Below, one piece after another: positions 1 to 10,009 of a DNA stretch of 64,000 nucleotides; the stretch's first letter is position 1; each line of letters starts with the position of its first letter. The notes under the pieces are model-generated. The model worked only from the letters and a program-made list of their open reading frames with translations, did not search any database and had not been told where the DNA came from. The position numbers were made by a program, and so were the translations under genes. Where the stretch lies: positions 90,396,001-90,460,000 of the forward strand of contig OZ024741.1 in NCBI GenBank assembly GCA_964016885.1. Reading direction: 5' to 3'. The DNA comes from Eledone cirrhosa. Lineage: Eukaryota.

Positions 1-1240
1 TTTTGTGGGTCCCTAGCTACATTTGCATCACTATTAGTGTTTCTGGCACCTTAAAAGTGCTGGAGCCGAAAATCTTCCCCTCTCTCTCAATATGTTTACT
101 TCGTATTATGAAGGCCATGAGTTCTTCATTGGTCCTTCTCACTAGCGCGAAGTTTGGTTGTTGTATGTATTTTCATTTTGTGGGTAGTATTGGTGGTTGT
201 GTTGGCGGTTGTGGCGTTGGTGAGGTTGGTGTTGTGGTAGCTGTGTTTGTATATGTTGTAGGAAGTGGTTTCGGTGTTTTTGGAGTGTGTTGGAATGGGG
301 CAAGGTGTTTTTTATGTTTCATTTTTTAATTCTTGGGCTTTTGGAGTCATCCCTCTTCGTTGCGAGATGAGGAGCTTTCTGTATCTGAGTCTGTGGTGTG
401 AGTGTATGAGTGAGTATGTGTGTGTTTGCAAGAGGATGAGAGGAGAGCTATACTGGGAGTCCCCCAGGATGATTTTTATGATTATTGCTGCTGCTGCTGT
501 TGTAGTTGGTAGTGATTCTTTCACTGCTTAGGTAGTGTTGTTGGATTTGCTGGTGCTGCTGTTGCTGCAGATGGTGATGTTCTTGGTCTTGCTGATGCTG
601 GTGCTGATGTAGCTAGTGCTACCGGTGTTGGTGGAGTTGTTGGGCTCCTGGTGTAGTCAGCAATGGGGCTCGGTTGTTCGTTCCCGTCTTTCGTTGAAGG
701 CAAAAAGCTCTCATGTGGTCATTTCGACTTATGGATGGCAACGAGGCTTTTGGCCCTCAACCACAACATACAATCCATCCCTCCTGGAAGGTGAATGAAG
801 TGTGGGATCTTGTCTATTTTGTCCAGTTTTATAGAGAGAAGCACCTCCAAACTGATCCCAGAACTGATCTCTACGTCTTTACTTCTAGGACTACGCTTGC
901 CAAAATCCACCAGATATTCACCTCTAGTGGGATTCCAGAAATTCCCACCCTTACTGTTCTTCACCCTAAATATGAATGAAAAAGAACATAGCTGTCACTT
1001 TTATAAGGAACCACCGAGTGTTTTATGGTCATAGCTTCACTCTTAAAGAGAACTAAAACACCCACATAACGTCTGGCCTTTGAGATGTGTTCTATGTCGA
1101 ACATTGTCTTTCAGTGCCCTTTCGGTCTGTGTGGCTGGCTTCAGGTGCCTTGTCCTTGTGGAAATGGATTTAAACATTAAGGTTTTTCTTCCGTTGCTGC
1201 CAACACCCCTGGCAGTATGGCTATATCGGCCCATTCATTT
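1..1240 (-). mobile_element. Decayed LINE ORF1-like (gag-knuckle) fragment
   Basis: Minus strand reads ...IPHFIHLPGGMDCML / VEGQKPRCH...NDHMRAFC, a frameshifted CCHC knuckle, followed by a low-complexity Thr/Pro/Ala tract. Confidence 0.45.
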
Positions 1241-1875
1241 TGTATTTTGATTAGTTTGGCTGGTTGGGTCGAATAAGTGTCTTCCTCAGAAATGTTCATG
1301 GCAAAACGTCCTGTTGCTTTTGCAGCTGTTGCTACAAATGTATTATTGTCAGTTTATTAATTTATAGTTTTTTTTTGTGCTGCTTTCGGTATTAAATTCG
1401 GGAATTCTGTCATATATTTTTCTCTTGCTAAGTTATTTTGGTACTGTAGTTACTTTTGTTATTGTTATTGCTGTTGCTGTCGTTCATTTTTGAACTTTGG
1501 CTATTCCATTTCGTTGACAATTTGCTGTTCAGTTTAGCGGAGGAAATTTTATCACCCACCATGTTTATTTGTGTTAAATGAGGGGCGTATTTGTAAAAAG
1601 AAAAACAAAACAGTTAGTTACGAAGGGCTACAGATATAAGGAAACCAGTCCCCTCTCCAAGAAGATGGTTGCTTTACTCACAAAATAATATACAATGTTT
1701 AGACAAAAATGCTTTAGAAAAGCGTTAACAAATAATGGACTTACTCAGCCGATGTGTAACACATCTCGAGAGACTCAATAACAACACAATAGCAACAACC
1801 ACAGCAATAACAATAATAATAATAATGATTTCATTTATTGGCCACAATGGCCGAACAATAATAATAATAATAATA

Positions 1876-2354
1876 ACAACAAAAATACCTAATTACGAAT
1901 GATGGAGAGTTAATACAAATAGCTACAAAGTATGAACAAAGCAAAACAATATTTTCTGTCTTAAAAAATGCCAACAAGCAGAAAACAGAAGCTAAATTAA
2001 CAGATAGTTATGAAGAGAATGATGAAACAAAATGACAAAACAACAGCTCAAATGGTGAATGACCTAAAATCTAAAATGGAAACAGATATCCAAAATGTCA
2101 TGCTAAAATATTGGCAACAAGAACCCTTACGTGGCAAATACCTGAAAAAACACAATAAGGGGTAGGTAGACGTGGAAAATTCACAACACTGATACTAAAA
2201 AGTGCTGAACACAAAATCAAGACTGAGAGCTCCTTAATTGTAGCACAATTTTCAGCCTATAACTCAGGTAAACGCAGAGTTTAAAATTTGGGTCAAATGT
2301 TAGCAAATATGTTGGCGATTGTCCCAAAATGGATAAATAGAAACTCCCTTTTAT
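1876..2354 (+). repeat. Left arm of long inverted repeat (R4-like retroelement fragment)
   Basis: Near-identical reverse complement of 2973-3541 but lacking about 90 bp of it; reads LRGKYLKK...IKTESSLIVAQ, like R4/Dong C-terminal regions. Confidence 0.9.
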
Positions 2355-2504
2355 TTTTGTTGTTATTATTATTATTGTTATTTTACGTCTAATAATACTA
2401 AATGATACCCGAATAAGTTCTAAAAAAAAACAAAAGCATTTTCCCTCACTCGTTTTTTAGTTTACATCTATTTTTCCATATTAGAATTCTGTTATTCATT
2501 GCAG

Positions 2505-2635
2505 ATGAATTGAAGGGGAAACGAGTTGTGTTAACTGGAGCATCAACAGGTATAGGGGAACAGATGGCTTACCATTACGCTAGCAACAAGGCCCAGCTTT
2601 TGATAACAGCAAGAAGAACCAATGTACTTAAGAAG
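2505..2635 (+). CDS. HSD11B1L: 11-beta-hydroxysteroid dehydrogenase 1-like SDR, first visible coding exon (Rossmann TGxxxGxG)
   Basis: ELKGKRVVLTGASTGIGEQMAYHYA...LLITARRTNVLKK; acceptor ttgcag ends 2504, donor AAG|gtatg at 2636; phase 1 in, phase 0 out. Upstream exon(s) not found in the window. Confidence 0.9.
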
Positions 2636-2972
2636 GTATGCATTGTGGTATATATGTGTGTATGTGTGCCTGTTTATCTGACTGACTCTCTCCCTCAACA
2701 GCCCATTTTGGTTAGTTTTTGTCTCCATTAACGCTTTTCATTACAGTTCAAGGGCTGCATTCCAAACGATTTAATTCATTTTTTCTCATGCTCCCACTTG
2801 GCTACGTTTGATGCCCCTTGTTATCAGTGCGTTTTGTTTTCAATTTGGAATATCCTGTGGTTCGTATGTACTCATTTTGCCTAGTATTCGTAAGTTCGTC
2901 TAATTACTGGTGCACTGGGGTAATGCCCATAACTTAACTGAAATCATGTTGATCTGCAGCGGACAGCTGATG

Positions 2973-3541
2973 ATAAAAGGGAGTTTCTATTTATCCATTT
3001 TGGGACAATCGCCAACATATTTGCTAACATTTGACCCAAATTTTAAACTCTGTGTTTACCAGAGTTATAGGCTGAAAATTGTTGATGTTTGTTCTCCACC
3101 TTTACATACTATACAGTTACTTATTGTGTTCTGCTTCTTTATGCATATTTAGTAGTTTCTGGTGGGGAGGTTTGTGCTACAATTAAGGAGCTCTCAGTCT
3201 TGATTTTGTGTTCAGTACTTTTTAGTCAGTGTTGTGAATTTTCCACGTCTACCTCCTCCTTATTCTGTTTTTTCAGGTATTTGCCACGTAAGGGTTCTTG
3301 TTGCCAATATTTTAGCATGACATTCTGGATATCTGTTTCCATTTTAGATTTTACGTCATTCACCATTTGAGCTGTTGTTTTGTCCTTTTGTTTTCATCAT
3401 TCTCTTCATAACTATCTGTTAATTTAGCTTGTTTTCTGCTTGTTGGCATTTTTGAAGACAGAAAATATTGTTTTGCTTTGTTCATACTTTGTAGCTATTT
3501 GTATTAACTCTCCATCATTCGTAATTAGGTATTTTTGTTGT
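2973..3541 (-). repeat. Right arm of long inverted repeat (decayed R4-like fragment; related pieces at about 4150-4640)
   Basis: Base-by-base complementarity with 1876-2354; KELDQTQSCKYL remnant at about 4170. Confidence 0.88.
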
Positions 3542-3822
3542 CATGCAGTGGATATTTTATAATAGATTTTCTAGTTGCATACGACCCTTAATGTGTTCGT
3601 AGTAAGTAAAATCTTTTTACATCTGATTTTCTGTGGCGTATTCGGTCATTGTGTCCAGTTAAGAATATTAAAACTGTAGCTTATTACAGGGACAGTTAGA
3701 GAGAGTATTAGTGCCTATTACCCAATGCTTTGCATTTTGTTCTGTCTTAAGCAATAATCTGTGTCTATATAATTCCTTTCCAATATTTCTTTTCATTTGT
3801 GTGTGTTGTACACTGTCTAGTT

Positions 3823-4145
3823 CAGAGTTTCTCAAAGTGCGCGCTACCACCCGGGAAGGGGGGGGGGGGCTTTGAGAAGTTCCAGGGGGCGCTGGGGCCT
3901 AATGAGGTGGTGGAGGGCGGTAGAGATGATATAATAGTATATCAAATATCAAATGATACATATAAATGAATATAGTAAAATAAAAATATATATTTATTTA
4001 TACATAGTATATATTATATTTTTTATTATATATTATTTACAATTTGCATGTAGGCAGCTCTCTCTGGAAATAGGGTTGGAGGCGTTGAGGGTATTACGTG
4101 GCCGTGAGTAGATTGGCGGTGGCCCCAAAAGTTTGAGAACCTCTT
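3823..4145. mobile_element. hAT (Charlie-type) MITE
   Basis: Termini cagagtttctcaaa ... tttgagaacctct; 8-bp TSD gtctagtt (3815-3822) / ttctagtt (4146-4153). Confidence 0.75.
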
Positions 4146-4659
4146 TTCTAGTTTATTGATTGCTAAGTATTTGCATGACTGTGTTTGATCTAATTCTTTC
4201 ATCTCAATTTCTTTATCTAGCATGTTAGTGTTTTTTTTAAATAGTTCTCCTCGCTTTAGGATTGCCGTCACACACAGAAGAAGAAGAGTGGCCATATGGA
4301 GCCTCCTTGTTATATTCCTCTATTAATTAGGATGGCTTTAGTATTTATAACTTCCTCTTTCGTCTGTATCTGTTTGGTCAATTTCTTTGATATTACATGG
4401 ATTTGTAATTTTTGGAATTTGTTGTTTCATTATTATTGGGTATTAGGATGGCTTTTCTCCTAGTGAGCCAGACAGGCGTTATTTCTCGCTCTGTCAGCAT
4501 CCTTAATCTTTTCTGCAAATAACCCATGCCTCTGTTGAAAAGTTTCAACCAAAATTTTGGTATTTTGTCATGTTCTGCTGTCTTTCAGCTGGTTGTTGTT
4601 CTTTTTTCCAGTGTATTAGGGATTTCTTCTCTTGAGATGTCTTCGTACTATTGTTCAGG

Positions 4660-4785
4660 TCTTCTTCTTCTTCTTCTTCTTCTTCTTCTTCTTCTTCTTC
4701 TTCTTCTTCTTCTTCTTCTTCTTCTTCTTCTTCTTCTTCTTCTTCTTCTTCTTCTTCTTCTTCTTCTTCTTCTTCTTCTTCTTCT
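4660..4785. repeat. (CTT)n microsatellite
   Basis: About 42 perfect units; explains the poly-L and poly-S ORFs. Confidence 0.98.
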
Positions 4786-4789
4786 AAGG

Positions 4790-4960
4790 GTAGTGGACTG
4801 GCAGTATCAGTAGAGCGTCGGATAACATGCTTTGTGGTATATAGTTACGTCTCTTTACGTTCTGAATTAAAATCTCACCGATGTTAGCTTTAATAAAATA
4901 AAGTAACAGCAATGCACTGGGGTCGATTTAATCGACTTTCCCCTACTCCAAAATTATGAT
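4790..4960 (+). mobile_element. tRNA-derived SINE, degenerate
   Basis: gtggactggcagtatcagtagag head, aataaaataaagta...gcactggggtcgatttaatcgact body. Confidence 0.7.
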
Positions 4961-4994
4961 ATTTTTTGCCAATCATATCATAATTATGTCGCTG

Positions 4995-5600
4995 TGGATC
5001 CACCATGGACTCTTTCGGTCTCCACCTGCTTTCCTGTCGCCACAGTGCCGGCCGCCTTCCACGCGATGTTGCCCTCAACGAGGTCATAAATCATGGCTTG
5101 GACGCTGCAGGCTTCCCATCCCAGCTCGAGCCGGTGGGGCTGGACCGAAGGGACGGCAAAAGGCCAGATTGTATGACCATCGTCCCGTTCCGCGGTGGCA
5201 AACCCCTCGTCTGGGATGCCACTTGCAGGGACACTTTCTCCAGCTGCAACCTGGTGCAGTCTGCCACTAATCTAGGTTCTGCTGCACGTCGGCCTGAGGA
5301 GGCCAAACTCTCCAAGTACCGGTCGCTCTCCGACAGGTGCGCGGTCGTGCCCTTGGCAGTGGAGACTTCTGGTGTTCTTGGCCCTTGGGCTACCTCCCTA
5401 TTCACCACCATAGGCGCTGAGCTGGCCAGCCACAGGTGTGAGCCTCGTGAGTTAGAATGGCTCTTCCAGCGCATCTCCTTTACCCTCCTCCAGGCAAACA
5501 CCTCCATTCTGTCATCCAGGGCTGTGGGGAGGCCAGCACGTGGGACCCCATTTGCTCACCATACAGAGAGATAGGGAGGGGGAGAGAGATGGAGGCGGTG
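4995..5600 (+). mobile_element. 3' fragment of CRE-clade non-LTR retrotransposon (restriction-like endonuclease)
   Basis: ORF 5005-5574: HLLSC...DGKRPD...GKPLVWDATCRDT...AEEAK-like/KY...PLAVETSGVLG, a PD-(D/E)xK domain; homologous to 43500-44000 (-). Confidence 0.85.
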
Positions 5601-5841
5601 ACAGTGGGAGTTTGACTTTTCCACGTTCGGACCATATCCTTGTGGTTGTGTTCATTAAGCAGTTAATGAGTCTGTTTATGTATATTATATTATATTATAT
5701 TATATTATATCATATCATAATATGCATATGCAACACGCCGTACATCAGAAAAAAACTGAAATAAAATTCAATTAGCTATAAGAGACTGAGTTTTATATAG
5801 ACATAAAATTATTGTTCCTTGTTTGCATTATCATTGAACAG

Positions 5842-5940
5842 GTCATAGATCGCTGCAAAACCCTTGGTGATCCGGATGGGAACTACAACTATATCACAGC
5901 AGACATGAGTAATCTATCAGCTACAGAAAGTGTGATTAAG
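5842..5940 (+). CDS. HSD11B1L: HSD11B1-like exon
   Basis: VIDRCKTLGDPDGNYNYITADMSNLSATESVIK; cag acceptor ends 5841, gtacgt donor at 5941; 99 nt, phase 0/0. Confidence 0.88.
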
Positions 5941-6129
5941 GTACGTTCTTTCTTCTTAATGCAGTTTTTTTTACCAGTAGTTCAATGTAGCTTTATATTG
6001 CTTTTCCTAAGAAGACGTAAAGTTTTCACACCAACCTGTCGCAGATCAAACCTTGGTTGTATGATAAAAACATAATCCGCACATTCAAAAGTTAAAGATT
6101 TTCCAATTTCAAACATTCCACTATTCTTT

Positions 6130-6311
6130 TTTGTTACAATGAAATTCCGTTACAACGAAATTCACAGGTATAAAAAAATTTCGTTGTAAAGAAAAATTCT
6201 TTATAACGAGATCGACCTAACACATTGAGCGTGTGGCCGGAGATTGAAAATTTTTCGTTATACTGAATAATTTATTATAATAGTATTCGTTATAACGGAA
6301 TTTTACCTGTA
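6130..6311. mobile_element. Probable Tc1/Tigger-like MITE remnant
   Basis: Repeated ttcgttataac/gttacaac motifs ending in cgttataacggaattttacctg|ta; only one clear terminus. Confidence 0.45.
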
Positions 6312-6395
6312 TATATTTTCTTCTTTATACTCATCTAACAATGCATGTACACTCTTTTGCATTTTAGTATTAACATTTGTATGTATGTATGTATG

Positions 6396-6783
6396 TGTGG
6401 CGACATGGAAATACTCGGTGCGGTGCCCGAGCACGTGGTTAGTCCATCCGGAGAGAGAGAGAGACCCCTAGTTCTTGTTAAAACATCATTCTAGGAGAAG
6501 GAAAGCTCTGATGTAAAACATGCTATTCGGTAGCAGCCAGTGATGTTGACTTGTTCTTCTTTTTGACACCCGTCAGCGTTATTCAGAAAGTAGGATTGGA
6601 CCAATGCCGTTCTTCACTTAAAAAAGCTTCAAGCAGAGGCATCACTTAAGACTAAATATCTTACATACGTGTTGCATAAGCATAGCTAACCGTAGCCAAG
6701 AAAAGCTCTTTTTTCATGCCACCCATGTGTAAGTGGGAGATCAAATGATGGCAATTCTGGAAATCGAGATGCTGCCATCAAGT
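6396..6783 (+). mobile_element. Non-coding repeat family 'ctaggagaagg' with (TATG)n flanks
   Basis: Shares ttctaggagaagg, gatgttga..ttcttcttt and ggcat..ct blocks with 9505-9862, 13150-13490 and 53620-53975 (-). Confidence 0.7.
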
Positions 6784-6794
6784 ATGTATGTATG

Positions 6795-7537
6795 TTATCT
6801 CTTTCTCTTAATTTCGAGTATATTTTTTTGACCGGCCACCTTACTGGTGGCAAGGTTGTAAAAGAAAAGAAATTGTCATCCCTTGAATCGCAAGAATGTT
6901 TTGCAAAGTTTGAAGGTGCCAGCTATCGCAGCCATTTGTAGACTATGAATTAGGGAGCTGCGCTCTTTGTCTGCAAATCCAAGTTCAGTCATACTTTGGT
7001 CCAAACGGGTTGGTATATAACCCGTAGCTCCAATAATGATGGGTATGAAGCTAAAGGTGTATCTTGGATACTGGATTTGTAAACTCCTCATCAATGGTCC
7101 GTAGATGTCCTCCTTCTCCTGTATTTTTCTGACAACGTTTACATCAAGTGGGCAGCTGATCTCCACAACAGAACACGTTTTCAATGTGTGGTCCCAAGCA
7201 ACAATATCAGGCCGGTTGTGCTTTAATTTGGTTGCAGTTTTTATTTTCAGGTTCCACCAGTATTCCTTAGTGCCATCTGTCTCAATATATTCTTCCTCGT
7301 TTGCTGTTAATTTTGTTTTCCGAAGTGCGTTCCAGATGGTTCTAACTATCCCATCGTGTCTCATGGGGAGGTAGTAACGAGATGACATTCTTTCGCAGCT
7401 GGCAACAATGTGGCTTACATCCTCGATCTTTGTTTTACATAGCCTACATTTATTGTCAGCTGATGGCCCTCCCCTTTTGTGCAGCAGATATTTGGTAGGG
7501 AGTTCTTGTTCCTGTATTGCATAGAGATATCCCTCAT
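6795..7537 (-). mobile_element. R4/Dong-like non-LTR retrotransposon, 5'-truncated copy 1
   Basis: EGYLYAIQEQ...CRLC...HIVASC (CCHC), RHD, NRPDIV...VEISCP endonuclease; bounded by (TATG)n at both ends. Confidence 0.9.
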
Positions 7538-7560
7538 ATGTATGTATGTATGTATGTATG

Positions 7561-9313
7561 TTTTCTCTTTCTCTTAATTTCGAGTATATTTTTTTGACAG
7601 GCCACCTTCCTGGTGGCAAGGTTGTAAAAGAAAAGAAATTGTCATCCCTTGAATCGCAAGAATGTTTTGCAAATTTTGAAGGTGCCAGCTATCGCAGCCA
7701 TTTGTAGACTATGAATTAGGGAGCTGCGCTTTTTGTCCGCAAATCCAAGTTCAGTCATACTTTGGTCCAAGCGGGTTGGTATATAAAAAGTAGCACCAAT
7801 AATGATGGGTATGAAGCTAAAGGTGTATCTTGGATACTGGATTTGTAAACTCCTCATCAATGGTCCGTAGATGTCCTCCTTCTCCTGTATTTTTCTGACA
7901 ACGTTTACATCAAGTGGGCAGCTGATCTCCACAACAGAACACGTTTTCAATGTATGGTCCCAAACTACAATATCAGGCCGGTTGTGCTTTAATTTGGTGG
8001 CAGTTTTTATTTTCAGGTTCCACCAGTATTCCTTAGTGCCATCTGTCTCAATATATTCTTCCTCGTTTGTTGTTAATTTTGTTTTCCGAAGTGCGTTCCA
8101 GATGGTTCTAGCTATCCCATCGTGTCTCATGGGAGGTAGTAGCGAGATGACATTCTTTCGCAGCTGGCAACAATGTGGCTTACATCCTCGATCTTTGTTT
8201 TACATAGCCTACATTTATTGTCAGCTGCTGGCCCTCCTCTTTTGTGCAGCAGATATTTGGTAGGGAGTTCTTGTTCCTGTATTGCATAGAGATATCCCTC
8301 AAGGTGTGATGTCATAAACTTGTCGGAACTCCATGCCAGGCTTTTTGAGTGGTTTATCCCCTCTATGGTCTGTGTTTTACGCCTCAAGTATCCATGCACA
8401 ACTTTTTCTGTAAATTGGTCAATTTTTTTATCTTGTTTGAACATTGAATAGGATCTTCCGATTTCTCTGGGTGAGAGATTTATATCAGGCTTTATTCCAT
8501 ATCTCTCCTCCAGATCAGTCGCTATTCTAATGATATTTCTTTTTTCATGGTCATAAACCTGGGCAAGATGGTTGCCAACCTTTTTCCTCTGTTGAAGGTG
8601 TTGCTTCAGTGTTACTATCCGGGTCTCATATGTTGTTAATATTGATTTTAGACCCCGGCCACCTTCCTTGCGTGAGAAGTATAGCCTATCCACATCACCA
8701 TTGATGTTAAAGTTCCCAGTAACACTGAGAAGTTTTCGAGTTCTAACATCCATCTCACTTAGTTCTTGCAATGACCAGTTCAGTAGGCCAAATGTTGGCG
8801 TTAGAATTGGCACAGCATAAGTATTGTGGGCAATGTATTTGTTGTATGCTGACAGTTCTGATGACCATATTTTCTTTACTCTTCTGAGGTATTCAGTTCT
8901 GGTTCTCTCCTTATTTATGGGTCCATCATATCTGACATTCTCATCCTGTCCAAGATATCTGTAGTTGTCACCTGACTGCAGAGGTTGTATTGTCAGGCCG
9001 TTCATCTCTAGATTTCTAGAGGAGGGCACAGCTCTTCCACGTTTTACTGCCAAATATGCACACTTGGACTCACCAAATTTCATTTTGATGTCGGTTGAAA
9101 ATTGTGTAATGAGGTCCAATTGTTTCTTGATGTCATTGATATTTGACCCATACAACTTCAGGTCATCAACAAAGAAAAGATGGGAGATACTTCTGGGCCC
9201 ACTTCTTTGTCCACCTTGTTTCCTGAGTAGGTAAGATAGTGGATTCAGTGAGAGAACGAAGAGTAGCACTGACAAGCTATCACCCTGAAAGATGCCCTTC
9301 TGGTAATGTATCT

Positions 9314-9316
<3 letters not shown>
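7561..9316 (-). mobile_element. R4/Dong-like non-LTR retrotransposon, 5'-truncated copy 2 (RT + CCHC + RLE)
   Basis: [32 protein letters not shown] motifs; 1-bp frameshift near 8130; 3' part nearly identical to copy 1; (TATG)n at both ends. Confidence 0.93.
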
Positions 9317-9345
<29 letters not shown>

Positions 9346-9504
9346 TGTATGTATGTATGTATGTATGTATGTATGTATGTATGTATGTATGTATGGGCGG
9401 AAGACCTCATAAGAGTCAACGGCCATCCAAAAATGTGTAAACATGTATATACACATGTACATATATATCTATATGTATATATGTATATACATGCGTGCAT
9501 GTAC

Positions 9505-9862
9505 ATGTATATGTGCGGGGAAATAGAAATAATCGGGCTGGATACCCGATCGTGCGGTTAAACCACTGGGAGGGAAGGACCCCTAGCCTTTGTCAGGACA
9601 TTCTTCTAGGAGAAGGTAACTCAGGAAACTGGGATAATTCTGATATAAAACCTGCGGCTCAGTAGTTACCGATGATGTTGATCTTTTCTTCTTTTCGGGT
9701 TATAGCTTCTGTCGCTCAGAGAGTGGGATTGGCTCAGTGCACAGTCTTTCCTCACTTTAAAAATAATCTTCACGCACAGGCATTGCTCGATAGCATTAAC
9801 TGAGAATTATTAATAATGTTATATCGTGAAATGTCCATACTCGATGACAAGGGGGCAACCGT
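9505..9862 (+). mobile_element. Non-coding repeat family 'ctaggagaagg' with (TATG)n tail
   Basis: Highly similar to the reverse complement of 53620-53975; followed by (TATG)n at 9863-9937. Confidence 0.8.
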
Positions 9863-10009
9863 CATGTATGTATGTATGTATGTATGTATGTATGTATGTA
9901 TGTATGTATGTATGTATGTATGTATGTATGTATGTATTTGTAAATACATTTTAATCTTTTTTTAACTTTTTAACAACTTAATCCTTTTTATCTTTTAACC
10001 TTTAACGTG

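Noticed and set aside
1283-1289. Minus-strand CTGAGGA
   Set aside because: No paired stem II plus GAAA downstream.
1300-1870. Possible location of the missing first HSD11B1L exon
   Set aside because: No convincing ATG, hydrophobic anchor and phase-1 donor found; it probably lies upstream of the window.
2967-2973. CTGATGA heptamer
   Set aside because: No stem II/GAAA arrangement follows; lies in a retroelement remnant.
4526-4887. Poly-Leu and poly-Ser ORFs
   Set aside because: Frames of the (CTT)n microsatellite.
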